Below are positions 9,073 through 17,794 of a DNA stretch of 64,000 nt, one piece after another. The stretch is from assembly GCA_040830765.1 (NCBI GenBank), contig JBFOMH010000032.1:9827-73826 (forward strand). Direction: 5' to 3'. The position numbers and the translations under genes were made by a program. The stretch is from Puniceicoccaceae bacterium. Its GTDB lineage: Bacteria > Verrucomicrobiota > Verrucomicrobiia > Opitutales > Oceanipulchritudinaceae. How positions within the stretch are numbered: the stretch's first letter is position 1; each line of letters begins with the position of its first letter. The notes under the pieces are model-generated. The model ran no database searches. It had not been told where the DNA came from and saw nothing but the letters and a program-made list of their open reading frames with translations.

Positions 9073-10200
9073 TTACTGCGTTGAGAAGCGATGGATGGTT
9101 TTTGTGCGATAGGTCTCACCCGGATTGAGACGGGTTGAGGGAAAGTTTGCCTGGTTGGGTGAATCCGGAAAGTGCTGGGTCTCGAGACACAATCCGTAAC
9201 GGAAGTGGTAGATCGCGCCTCCTTTGCCTTTCAGCGTCCCGTCGAGGAAATTGCCGCTGTAGAACTGGATGCCCGGTTCTTCTGTCCAGATTTCCATCTC
9301 CCTCCCGCTGTCGGGATCATAGAGGCGGGCGGCAAAGTTCAGCGTCGCCTCCTCGTCGGTGTTGAGCACCCAATTGTGGTCGTAGCCACCTCCGAGGAGA
9401 AGCTGTTCAAAGTCGGATTCAATACGCGATCCAATGGGCCGTGCCATGCGGAAGTCCATTGGAGTGCCTTCCACGGGTGCCAGTTCCCCGGTCGGGATAA
9501 GCCCGCTGTCCACTGGCGTGTAGCGGTCCGCATTGAGGGTCAGTTCATGGTCGAGGATGGTCCCGCGTCCCTGGCCGTGGAGATTGAAATAACTGTGATG
9601 GGTCAAATTGACGACGGTGGGCTGATCACTGGTGGCCTCGTAGGTAATGACAAATTGATTCTTGTCGTCGAGTGTGTAGACAACCGTGGCGGACAGGTTT
9701 CCGGGATAACCTTCTTCTCCATCCGGACTGGTATAGCGGAAGGTAACCGAGGCGGAATCTTCTGTGCTGGAGGGTTCGGATTGCCACAAGACCTTGTCAA
9801 ATCCCTGGTTCCCCCCATGGAGGTGGTTTTCGTTGTTGTTGATCGTCAATTGGTAGGAAATTCCGTCGATCTCGAACTGTCCCTTGCCGATGCGGTTACC
9901 GTAGCGACCCACGACACAGCCAAAGTAAGGCGTTTCGATCAGGTAATCCTCCAGCTTCTCATAGCCGAGAACGACATCACCCAGGTTGCCATCCCGGTCG
10001 GGGACATGCAGTTCGGTAACGATGGCCCCGTAGTCAGTGACCTTGAGGACCAGCCCGTTGCTGTTGGTCAGGGTGTAGAGGCGCGCTTCGCTGCCATCGG
10101 GAAGTTGACCATAGGTGGCTTCCTTGATGCTGGGCGCTGAATGAAGGAGCGTACCAATGAGGAGGCAGGAGATACAGGCGAGTGGTTTGAGTGTATTCAT
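9073..10200 (-). CDS. galM: Aldose 1-epimerase (mutarotase) with signal peptide
   Basis: GRYGNRI, HLHGG, EEGYPGNL, VNLTHHSYFNL, GYDHNW, CLETQHFPD. Confidence 0.95.
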   Translation of the reverse strand: MNTLKPLACISCLLIGTLLHSAPSIKEATYGQLPDGSEARLYTLTNSNGLVLKVTDYGAIVTELHVPDRDGNLGDVVLGYEKLEDYLIETPYFGCVVGRYGNRIGKGQFEIDGISYQLTINNNENHLHGGNQGFDKVLWQSEPSSTEDSASVTFRYTSPDGEEGYPGNLSATVVYTLDDKNQFVITYEATSDQPTVVNLTHHSYFNLHGQGRGTILDHELTLNADRYTPVDSGLIPTGELAPVEGTPMDFRMARPIGSRIESDFEQLLLGGGYDHNWVLNTDEEATLNFAARLYDPDSGREMEIWTEEPGIQFYSGNFLDGTLKGKGGAIYHFRYGLCLETQHFPDSPNQANFPSTRLNPGETYRTKTIHRFSTQ

Positions 10201-11489
10201 GATTCAGTAGTGGATGATTCTTGTTTGGGAGGGTTGTTTTTCCAATAATTGGCCAGGATGGATCCGGAAATATTCATCCATGGACTAAAGACCGCCGAGG
10301 CCAGGCCGAGTGTTCCCAGCTTGCCCATCGAACCGGCAATGCCGGAGGCCATGCCACCATTTTGCAGGCCGACCTCCAGCGCCATCGCCCGGGCAGATTG
10401 CTGGTCGAGACCAAGCAGGCGGCTGAGCCAGAACCCAAGGACATATCCGGTGGCGTTGTGAAGGACCGAGGCAAGGAAGAGAAGGAGTCCTATCTGCAGC
10501 AGCTGTTCACGGCCGGCGGCAGTCGTCACGGTAGTGAAATAAACGATACCGGCCATTGAAATATACGGCATGAGGCTGTCGAGGCGCCGGATCAGCAGGG
10601 TAGCGCCGTGGTAGAGGAGCCCGAACAGGACGGCGCCGGCAAAGTAGCCCAGGATGGCGAGGGAGGCTGCAGCCTGCTCATTGAAGCTGGCCTTGATCCA
10701 CGCAGCACCGCCCGCAAGGAGGATAACCAGATAGGCTGCAGAGAATCCCGCCAGCACATAGACATTGCGCCTGCCTTGACTACTGCAATGGCGCAGGAAG
10801 TCGTGCAGCAGTGCAGCCCCAATGGGGACCAGGACAATCTTGATGATCTGCAGCATCATCTTCAGGAAATCGATCTCGATAAGCGTCCCGGCCAGCATCT
10901 TCATCAGGAAGGGGGTGCAGAAGGGCGCCAGCAAAGTGGCGCAGGCCGTAACCGTGATCGAGAGGACAAGGTTGGCCCGGGCCAGGTAGGTCATGACGTT
11001 CGAGGCGAGGCCGCTGGAACAGGAACCAATGAGAATGATACCCGCCGCGATCTCCGCCGGAAAACTGAAGACCTTTGTCAAAATCAAGCCGGAAACCGGC
11101 ATGATGGAGAACTGGCACAGGAGGCCAACAAATACCCCTCTTGGTGAGCGGCTGATGCCCTTGAAATCCGTGGTGTGCATCTGCGTCCCCATGCCGAACA
11201 TGACCGCCTGGACGACCAACAGGACCAGGACCGGGTTGCGCAAGTCAAATTCGCCCCAGCTCAGGAAGGCGGCAGGGTAGGCCAGTCCTGCGACAACAGC
11301 GGTGACGATCCAGGCGGTGTACTGGTATCCTTTCCATTTCTCAAGCGCTCCCAGTCCAAGGGAGAGGCAGACACTGGATGCCAGCAGGGCCGCGTTCCAC
11401 AGGGTCTGGTTCTGGAGGAACAGGCCGAGCAGGACTGTCAGGCCGGCAAGGGCGCTGGCATAGAGACAGGACTGGCGTAGAACCTTCAT
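10197..11489 (-). CDS. Bile acid:sodium symporter (BASS) family transporter
   Basis: Multi-TM protein. VMFGMG, QFSIMP, GSCSSGLASNVMTYLA, EVGLQNGG. Confidence 0.9.
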   Translation of the reverse strand: MKVLRQSCLYASALAGLTVLLGLFLQNQTLWNAALLASSVCLSLGLGALEKWKGYQYTAWIVTAVVAGLAYPAAFLSWGEFDLRNPVLVLLVVQAVMFGMGTQMHTTDFKGISRSPRGVFVGLLCQFSIMPVSGLILTKVFSFPAEIAAGIILIGSCSSGLASNVMTYLARANLVLSITVTACATLLAPFCTPFLMKMLAGTLIEIDFLKMMLQIIKIVLVPIGAALLHDFLRHCSSQGRRNVYVLAGFSAAYLVILLAGGAAWIKASFNEQAAASLAILGYFAGAVLFGLLYHGATLLIRRLDSLMPYISMAGIVYFTTVTTAAGREQLLQIGLLLFLASVLHNATGYVLGFWLSRLLGLDQQSARAMALEVGLQNGGMASGIAGSMGKLGTLGLASAVFSPWMNISGSILANYWKNNPPKQESSTTES

Positions 11490-12154
11490 TTATCAGAATC
11501 GAGTTGGCCCGCCAGCCATTGCATGGCCAGGGCGGGACTGGATAAAATTGGAACCCGGCACTCCTCTGCCGGAATGGTGTCCACGACACGAGCCATCGAG
11601 GCTTGGGCAAGGAGGATGACATCACAGTCCGCCATCAAGGCGAAGAGACCCTCACGGACGCTTGCGTCATGCGCTTCAGGATCGCCTGACATGAGTGCCT
11701 CAAACGCGCCTTCGCAGAGATGCGATTGAACGTCGATTTCCTTGAGGGCAGTCTTGGCTACCCGTTCGACGAGATTCCTGGTCGGCTCAAGAGTGGTGGG
11801 CAGTGTGGCAATAACTCCAATCCGACTGCCGCTGGCAACGGCCTTTTCGGCCATCGCCTGATCCACCCGGTAGACTGGCACGGAGACAAAGAGGCGCGAG
11901 GCCTCAACAGCTGCCCCTATGGAAGAACAGGTGACAAGGATCCGCGTGGCCCCGCTCCCTTCCGCCTGTCGCACAAGTTCTGCCACCCGCCAGGCGACAT
12001 CCGGGGTCAGGCATCCGCTGGCGATGACATCCTTGATAAGGCTGTCGTTGGCGATGTGGAAGGTTGCCACTCCTGGAAGGGAATTGCTGGCCAGGTCCGT
12101 GAATAAGGGAACCAGGGTGGCGGAGGTGTGGATAAAGGCTATTTTCTCTTCCAT
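11486..12154 (-). CDS. Asp/Glu/hydantoin racemase superfamily protein (one canonical Cys)
   Basis: AFIHT, LVTCSSIG, VYRVDQAM, IGVIATLPTT, VILLAQASM. ATG at 12154 lies just after the kinase stop. Confidence 0.85.
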   Translation of the reverse strand: MEEKIAFIHTSATLVPLFTDLASNSLPGVATFHIANDSLIKDVIASGCLTPDVAWRVAELVRQAEGSGATRILVTCSSIGAAVEASRLFVSVPVYRVDQAMAEKAVASGSRIGVIATLPTTLEPTRNLVERVAKTALKEIDVQSHLCEGAFEALMSGDPEAHDASVREGLFALMADCDVILLAQASMARVVDTIPAEECRVPILSSPALAMQWLAGQLDSDK

Positions 12155-12156
12155 AA

Positions 12157-13560
12157 TTACAAGGTCAGGAGGTGGCATTGGCTATGGGATGCGGCTTTGA
12201 TGAAGTAATCTGGCGTTCCGATTTGGCCGCCCTTGAAATTGATTTCTTTTCCATCAAGCTTAGATCCGGCGGCGTGTATGCGGCAAAACGGGGCCCCGCG
12301 GACAAAGGGCTGACTGACAGTCATGGCCTCAATGCCCATGGCGGCTGCGACATGTCCGGACGTGTCCCCACCGGCCACTACGATACGTTCCAAGCCCGTT
12401 TGCTCGATCACTTGATGTGCGATCGATCCCATGGCTGTCCCGAGAATACGCGGCACTTCAGACCCAGCTGCCTGCTCGCTGAAACGTTTCCGGATGGCTG
12501 CCCGGGTGTAACGGGTGCGTCCGTCATCCGGACCGGAATAGGTGTGCAGAATGGCACTCTTTTTGTCCCGCATCATCCGGTTAATTCGTTCCACTGTGTT
12601 GGAAATGACCGCCTCTTCATTACCGGCAAATATCCCGACGGTATCAAGGGCCAGCTCGGCAAAGCCGGCCTTCGTCGCTTCCTGGATCTGATTGACAGTC
12701 ACTGGCGAGCAACTGCCTGAGAGGACGAGGATTGGTTCATCGTAAGCCCCTTCTGCAGTAGCGGGTTCTGGCGGTGTCGGCCGGTTATCACGCCATGCAT
12801 GAGCCAGGGCGTATTCCACAGCGGATGAACCGACCGAAAAAAGTGTCCCCTCTTCCGGCACATTGTCTTCCATCAAGAAACCGGGAATCGACAAGTCAGA
12901 CTCGACAAATGCGTCGAAGAGAACCGCCTCGGTATAGCCGTCTGCGAGCAAGGTTGCCAGGGCCTCGGAGGCTTGAGCTCGCTCCATCCGGCAGTGGAAG
13001 ATATCGAAAAGAGCCGTTTCCCAGCCAGCTTGTTCCTTCAATCTCAGGCGGATATCACTTTCCCGTGCCGGTGTCACTGGATGATGGGCCATCGACGGGT
13101 GCCGGTCCAACCGGTAGACAGGGCTGATATCCCCGGTACCAAGTCGCGCAAACAAGTGTCCGAAAATGCAATACCGCCCGAGGTCAGGAACCCCGATCAG
13201 GACAGGGACAAACTTCGATTTGAAACAGGCAGCACCAACCCGCATGGCAACCCCAATATTGCCCGTTTCCGGGGATGAATCAAAAGTTGAGCATACCTTG
13301 TAATGGCAGTGCCTTGGATTGATGGAGCGGATGAAATCAAAGACCGGCTCGAGGGTTTCCCGCATCCTGTCCGGTCCCATGGTCCGGGTTGTCCCTGCGA
13401 TGCCAAACGCCTCGAGATCCTCAAATGCGGCTAGTTGCTCTTTGGTCGGGACATTCGGAAAAAGCGCTGTCCGGATTCCGGCAAGATGTAATAATTCCAA
13501 GGCGTCCGTGGACCCGGTGAAGTCGTCCCCGTAGAACACAAGTTGGTTTCGCGTGGGCAT
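12157..13560 (-). CDS. DUF1537 four-carbon acid sugar kinase family (3-oxo-isoapionate kinase OiaK-like)
   Basis: YGDDFTGSTD, HYKVCSTFDSSP, RLDRHPSMAHHPVTP, SGSCS, AGGDTS, KGGQIG. Directly follows the RLP gene. Confidence 0.9.
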   Translation of the reverse strand: MPTRNQLVFYGDDFTGSTDALELLHLAGIRTALFPNVPTKEQLAAFEDLEAFGIAGTTRTMGPDRMRETLEPVFDFIRSINPRHCHYKVCSTFDSSPETGNIGVAMRVGAACFKSKFVPVLIGVPDLGRYCIFGHLFARLGTGDISPVYRLDRHPSMAHHPVTPARESDIRLRLKEQAGWETALFDIFHCRMERAQASEALATLLADGYTEAVLFDAFVESDLSIPGFLMEDNVPEEGTLFSVGSSAVEYALAHAWRDNRPTPPEPATAEGAYDEPILVLSGSCSPVTVNQIQEATKAGFAELALDTVGIFAGNEEAVISNTVERINRMMRDKKSAILHTYSGPDDGRTRYTRAAIRKRFSEQAAGSEVPRILGTAMGSIAHQVIEQTGLERIVVAGGDTSGHVAAAMGIEAMTVSQPFVRGAPFCRIHAAGSKLDGKEINFKGGQIGTPDYFIKAASHSQCHLLTL

Positions 13561-13561
13561 C

Positions 13562-14812
13562 TTAATTCTGGCTCCCTCCAAATTTTTCCATAGCCTTGCG
13601 CAGTTCAGGTTTTTCGGTTGCCGCCTCTTCCAGGGGAATACCGGCAATGGCACATTCCCAGGCCTGGCGAATGGCCGTCACGCCTCCAGCCGGACCGTCC
13701 GGGTGGGCCATGATTCCCCCTCCAGCAAGGTAAAGGAGGTCTGTGGTCTGAGTCAGCTTGTAGGTTTCCGGGGCCTGGCCGCCCCATTGACCCGAGGAAA
13801 TGACTGGCATGACCGGTCTCAGGTTATGCCAGTCCTTACGGCACTCAGTGATGGATGCGACCACGGACTCGTCGGGTTCCCAGAACTTGTTCGCGATACC
13901 ATTGACATGCAGTTGGTCGATTCCGGCCAGGCGCCAGAACTTCTGGTAGGCGGCAAAACCCATGCCTGTTGCCGGTTGACGGTTGAGCATACCCCAGCCA
14001 TTCCGGTGACCGTGGAGAACGAAACGGCCCTCGTCGGCTATTGCCTTGACGGCGGCAAAGCCGAGGGGATTCACGCTGAGCATGGCGCAGGTCCCGCCAA
14101 GGGATTCCAGATGGTCACAGTTACGCCGCATGACATCCAGTTCATCCGTGATGTTGGCGGCGTAGATAACCTTCTTGCCCGTTTCATCGAAGTGCCGCCG
14201 GATTTCCCCGAGGATGGCTCGTGTCCGTTCCTTGAAAGGCGAGTGGGGAGGATTGCCCATGAGTTCGTCGTCCTTTATGAAATCAATCCCCGCCGGCAAC
14301 AACTGCCGTACCAAGGCAGCAGTGGCTTCTGGTGAAAGGCCCACACTGGGCTTGATGATGGTGCCGACGAGTGGGCCTTCCTGGCGTCCTGCTGCGGCAA
14401 GTGTTCCCGCAATTCCGTGGGAAGGACCCTTGAACCGGGCGCTTACCTCTGCTGGCAAATCAAAATCCAGCAACCGGATACCGGAGAGTTGTGCCAGCTC
14501 ATAAAGGTTCCCCTGCAGGGTGGAGAGGAGGACAGGAATATTGTCACCCACATTTTCCGCGGGCCAGGAAATGCGCACATGGGCCCGGTTGTAAGTCCCT
14601 GCTGCGGGCCGGGAACCGGGCAGGGAAGGTTCATTGACCGAATCAAGGACCTCCACTTCCTCCACCCGGGCGGCGAACTTCTCTTTCAGGGAAGTCGTCT
14701 CACCCGGCACCTCGACGAAGGTCCCGCTCGATTGCTCGCCGGCAATCGATTCAGCGGCCTTCTTCGGCTCCAGTGGGGTCTCAATCCAGTAAGTGGCTGA
14801 TATGCGGTTCAT
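13562..14812 (-). CDS. RuBisCO-like protein (form IV), OiaT/OiaX-like
   Basis: AGEQSSGTF, GTIIKPSVGLS, DFIKDDE, LHGHRNG, HVNGIANKF, AGGGIMAHPDG. No rbcS or prk in the window. Start taken as ATG 14812. Confidence 0.92.
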   Translation of the reverse strand: MNRISATYWIETPLEPKKAAESIAGEQSSGTFVEVPGETTSLKEKFAARVEEVEVLDSVNEPSLPGSRPAAGTYNRAHVRISWPAENVGDNIPVLLSTLQGNLYELAQLSGIRLLDFDLPAEVSARFKGPSHGIAGTLAAAGRQEGPLVGTIIKPSVGLSPEATAALVRQLLPAGIDFIKDDELMGNPPHSPFKERTRAILGEIRRHFDETGKKVIYAANITDELDVMRRNCDHLESLGGTCAMLSVNPLGFAAVKAIADEGRFVLHGHRNGWGMLNRQPATGMGFAAYQKFWRLAGIDQLHVNGIANKFWEPDESVVASITECRKDWHNLRPVMPVISSGQWGGQAPETYKLTQTTDLLYLAGGGIMAHPDGPAGGVTAIRQAWECAIAGIPLEEAATEKPELRKAMEKFGGSQN

Positions 14813-17576
14813 GGTTCTTGTCCGGATGGTCGGGTTCGCAGGGAATGCGGAAAGTGTAATGCCCGGATGGCAAATGGACTGTGAGGCCTCCATCCGCTTG
14901 CTCAGTTACCTTACCTTCAGCGTCATCCTTGAGCGGCTGCCCCGACTCGGTTATGAGCTCTGCTGTTCCCCAAGGGAAACAAACGTCCGCCGAGCTGTTG
15001 GCCGGGATCTCAACGGACCACTCGAGCAGGGTGTCCTCTACATACCTCCAGTGACTACGGATGCGTCCATAGGGAGAGGTGTATTCTCCCTCGGCCCATT
15101 GCAGGGAGGGATGAGGATGCGGTTTTAAAATAAAGGTCTGGAAACCGGGTTCGTTCGGTTTGTAGTTAATACCCGCTACATGGCTGTAGAGCCATTCCCC
15201 GATGGAGCCGAGTGAGTAATGGTTGAAGGAATTCATGTGGGCATCGAGGAAGCCATCCTCCTCAGTCCAGGCATTCCAGCGCTCCCAGATGGTAGTGGCC
15301 CCGTGCCGGACAGGATAGAGCCACGACGGATAGTCATCCTTTAGCAGCAGCTCGTAGGCAAGGTCGGCATGGCCATAGTCGGTTAGGATCGGGTTGAGGA
15401 AACGGATTCCGATGAATCCCGTACTGAGGTGCTTATCGAGCGAACGGATATTGTCGACAAGGTGGCCAACGGCCTTCGCCCGGAGTTCCGCCGGGAGGAG
15501 GTCCATGGCCAAGGCAAGCAGGTAAGCGGTCTGGGTATCGACCTCAAGCGATCCATCCGGCCGAACGTAGGCTTCCTGGAAGGCATCCCGGACGCGGGTA
15601 AAGGTCTGCTCGAAGCGTACGGCTTCCTCTTCCCGTCCGAGTTCCCTGGCCATTTCCGCCATCTTGCTGGCATCATCGGCCCAAAAGGCCGTAGCGAGCA
15701 GATTCTTCAGCGGCGAATGGGTCCGGAACGTTGTATCCGATGGTATGCTGAGCCAGTCCCCGTAGTTGTTGGCTAGTTCGTTGATCCGCAGGCCGTCCGG
15801 GTTGGTCCGTTCAATGTAATCGAGCCAGGCGGTCATGGCATTCCAGTGGCGCTCGATGATGCGGCGGTCACCATAGACCTTCCAGATGGTCCACGGGATG
15901 ATAACCCCGGCATCCGCCCAACCGGGACTTCCGCCAAGGCCATCGAGGCCAATGAAATTGCCATCCTCCGGAAGGCGGGGAGCGGTGTCGGGAAAGATGC
16001 CATTCTCCGTCTGGGCATCCTCAACATCGACCATCCATTTGGTAAAGAACGCGGCCACATCCATGTTGAAGGCAGCTGTGCGGATAAAGACTTGGGCATC
16101 TCCCATCCATCCAAGGCGTTCGTCGCGCTGGGGACAATCGGTCGGGACACTGAGGAAATTATCGATCTGCGACCACAGGCCGTTGAGCCAGAGTCTGTTG
16201 ACCCCCTCATGTGAGCAGGAAAAGCTGCCGCTTTGCGGCGTGGCCGACTGGACCACGCAGGCAGTCAGGTCGCCGCTCGAGGGTGCCTTGGAGAGACCGG
16301 AAATTTCGAAATACTGGAACCCGTGAAAAGTAAAGGACGGTTCCCAGGTTGCAGGACCCTGCCCATCACAGATGTACGTATCGGTCGCCCTGGCCCGGCG
16401 AAGATTTTCCGTGAAGAGGCTACCGTCGGCCTTGAGGCGTTCCCCGTGGCGGAGGACGATTGACTTACCAGCCGGCTCATCGACCCGTATCCGCATCCAG
16501 CCGGCGATGTTTTGACCGAGGTCACAGAGCCAGGTATCTTCACCGGTTTGGCGGATGGAAACGGGCTCCAGTTCCTTGATCACCCGCACTGGCTGCGATT
16601 GCTGGGCGACCAGAGGCACATCTGGTTGGTCGACTTCCAGAACCGGCAGCCAGTCCTGTTCATCGAACTGTGGCTGGTCCCACCCCTCCACCTGGCGGCG
16701 GTTGTCGCAGGTCTCGCCCATCATGAAGTCAGAGAAGAGGATGGGGCCGGTGTTACAGCGCCAGGATGAGTCGGTGCTAACGGTCGTAACCGTGCCATCA
16801 TCCATTTCCAGCTCCAGCTGGCAGATAAAGCTGTTGGTGAGTCCATACTGGCCCCGCGTTTCCTGCCAGCCGACATAACCGCTGAACCAACCATCACCAA
16901 GAATGGCTGCGAGCACATTCTCTCCTTCCTGCAGCAGGGAGGTAACGTCGAATGTCCGGTAATGGATCCGTTTGCGGTAATCGGTCCACTCGGGCAGGAA
17001 GCGGTCCTCTGTTACTTCCGTCCTATTGATCCGGAGTCGCAGCAAGCCGCGGCCACTCGCATAGAGGATTGCCCGCTTCGGTCTGGCTGATGCAGTGATA
17101 TTTTTCCGGAAGTAACCCGGGCTGGAACAGGTTGTCCAGTCGGATGGACTTGCCTCCTTGTCCCGGGCAATTGCCTCCGGATTCAATCCGATCCAATCCG
17201 TATTCCAGTCAGATGTCTCCAGCAGGCCGATGCTAAAGAAGGCGGGCCCGGAAGCGACTTCCAACCCAGTCTCGTCCCTGACGACAACCCTCCAATAAAC
17301 GTTGGCTCGCGAGGTCAGCGCCTTTCCCTCGCAGGCAATCTGGGTGCTCTGGCTACCTTCGATCCAGCCGCTGTCCCAGATGTCAGTTTCCCCGGATTCA
17401 AGTAACCCTGCCTCGCTGGCGGCGAGGATACGATAGGCTACCTGTCGCTTGCCCCGCTGGTCGGACTGCATCCGCCATGCCAGGCGCGGTTGGACCGTGT
17501 CAATGCCCAACGGGTTGACAAGATATTCGCAGGTCAGATCCGAGAGGGTAAAGGATTGCTGGGAGTCGGTAGCCAT
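14781..17576 (-). CDS. GH78 alpha-L-rhamnosidase (no signal peptide)
   Basis: LTCEYLVNPLGID, FTFHGFQY, TDCPQRDERLGWMGD, GATTIWERW, NSFNHYSLG. Confidence 0.93.
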   Translation of the reverse strand: MATDSQQSFTLSDLTCEYLVNPLGIDTVQPRLAWRMQSDQRGKRQVAYRILAASEAGLLESGETDIWDSGWIEGSQSTQIACEGKALTSRANVYWRVVVRDETGLEVASGPAFFSIGLLETSDWNTDWIGLNPEAIARDKEASPSDWTTCSSPGYFRKNITASARPKRAILYASGRGLLRLRINRTEVTEDRFLPEWTDYRKRIHYRTFDVTSLLQEGENVLAAILGDGWFSGYVGWQETRGQYGLTNSFICQLELEMDDGTVTTVSTDSSWRCNTGPILFSDFMMGETCDNRRQVEGWDQPQFDEQDWLPVLEVDQPDVPLVAQQSQPVRVIKELEPVSIRQTGEDTWLCDLGQNIAGWMRIRVDEPAGKSIVLRHGERLKADGSLFTENLRRARATDTYICDGQGPATWEPSFTFHGFQYFEISGLSKAPSSGDLTACVVQSATPQSGSFSCSHEGVNRLWLNGLWSQIDNFLSVPTDCPQRDERLGWMGDAQVFIRTAAFNMDVAAFFTKWMVDVEDAQTENGIFPDTAPRLPEDGNFIGLDGLGGSPGWADAGVIIPWTIWKVYGDRRIIERHWNAMTAWLDYIERTNPDGLRINELANNYGDWLSIPSDTTFRTHSPLKNLLATAFWADDASKMAEMARELGREEEAVRFEQTFTRVRDAFQEAYVRPDGSLEVDTQTAYLLALAMDLLPAELRAKAVGHLVDNIRSLDKHLSTGFIGIRFLNPILTDYGHADLAYELLLKDDYPSWLYPVRHGATTIWERWNAWTEEDGFLDAHMNSFNHYSLGSIGEWLYSHVAGINYKPNEPGFQTFILKPHPHPSLQWAEGEYTSPYGRIRSHWRYVEDTLLEWSVEIPANSSADVCFPWGTAELITESGQPLKDDAEGKVTEQADGGLTVHLPSGHYTFRIPCEPDHPDKNHEPHISHLLD

Positions 17577-17597
17577 GGGTCCGGAAGCGGGGACTTC

Positions 17598-17780
17598 CTA
17601 ATTGTCGTCAAGACTGGTACTGTGCATCCAGAAAGGAGCGGAGGAAAACCAGGCAACCATGCCAATCAGCATCAGGGTATACTGGAGGGAGTTGTCGATA
17701 ACGCCGATGAGGACAAGCGCCCCGGGAATCAAGGTCAGGGCAAGACCGGTAAATGAGATAAGTTTCAATATGTTATTCAT
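17598..17780 (-). CDS. Small two-TM membrane protein (60 aa)
   Basis: Fills the gap between the NCS1 and GH78 genes on the operon strand. Two hydrophobic helices. Confidence 0.7.
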   Translation of the reverse strand: MNNILKLISFTGLALTLIPGALVLIGVIDNSLQYTLMLIGMVAWFSSAPFWMHSTSLDDN

Positions 17781-17794
17781 GGGAATGTAATTTA

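Noticed and set aside
13562..14812. CO2-fixing RuBisCO / Calvin cycle
   Set aside because: No small subunit or phosphoribulokinase in the window, K177 is substituted, and the context is sugar-acid catabolism.
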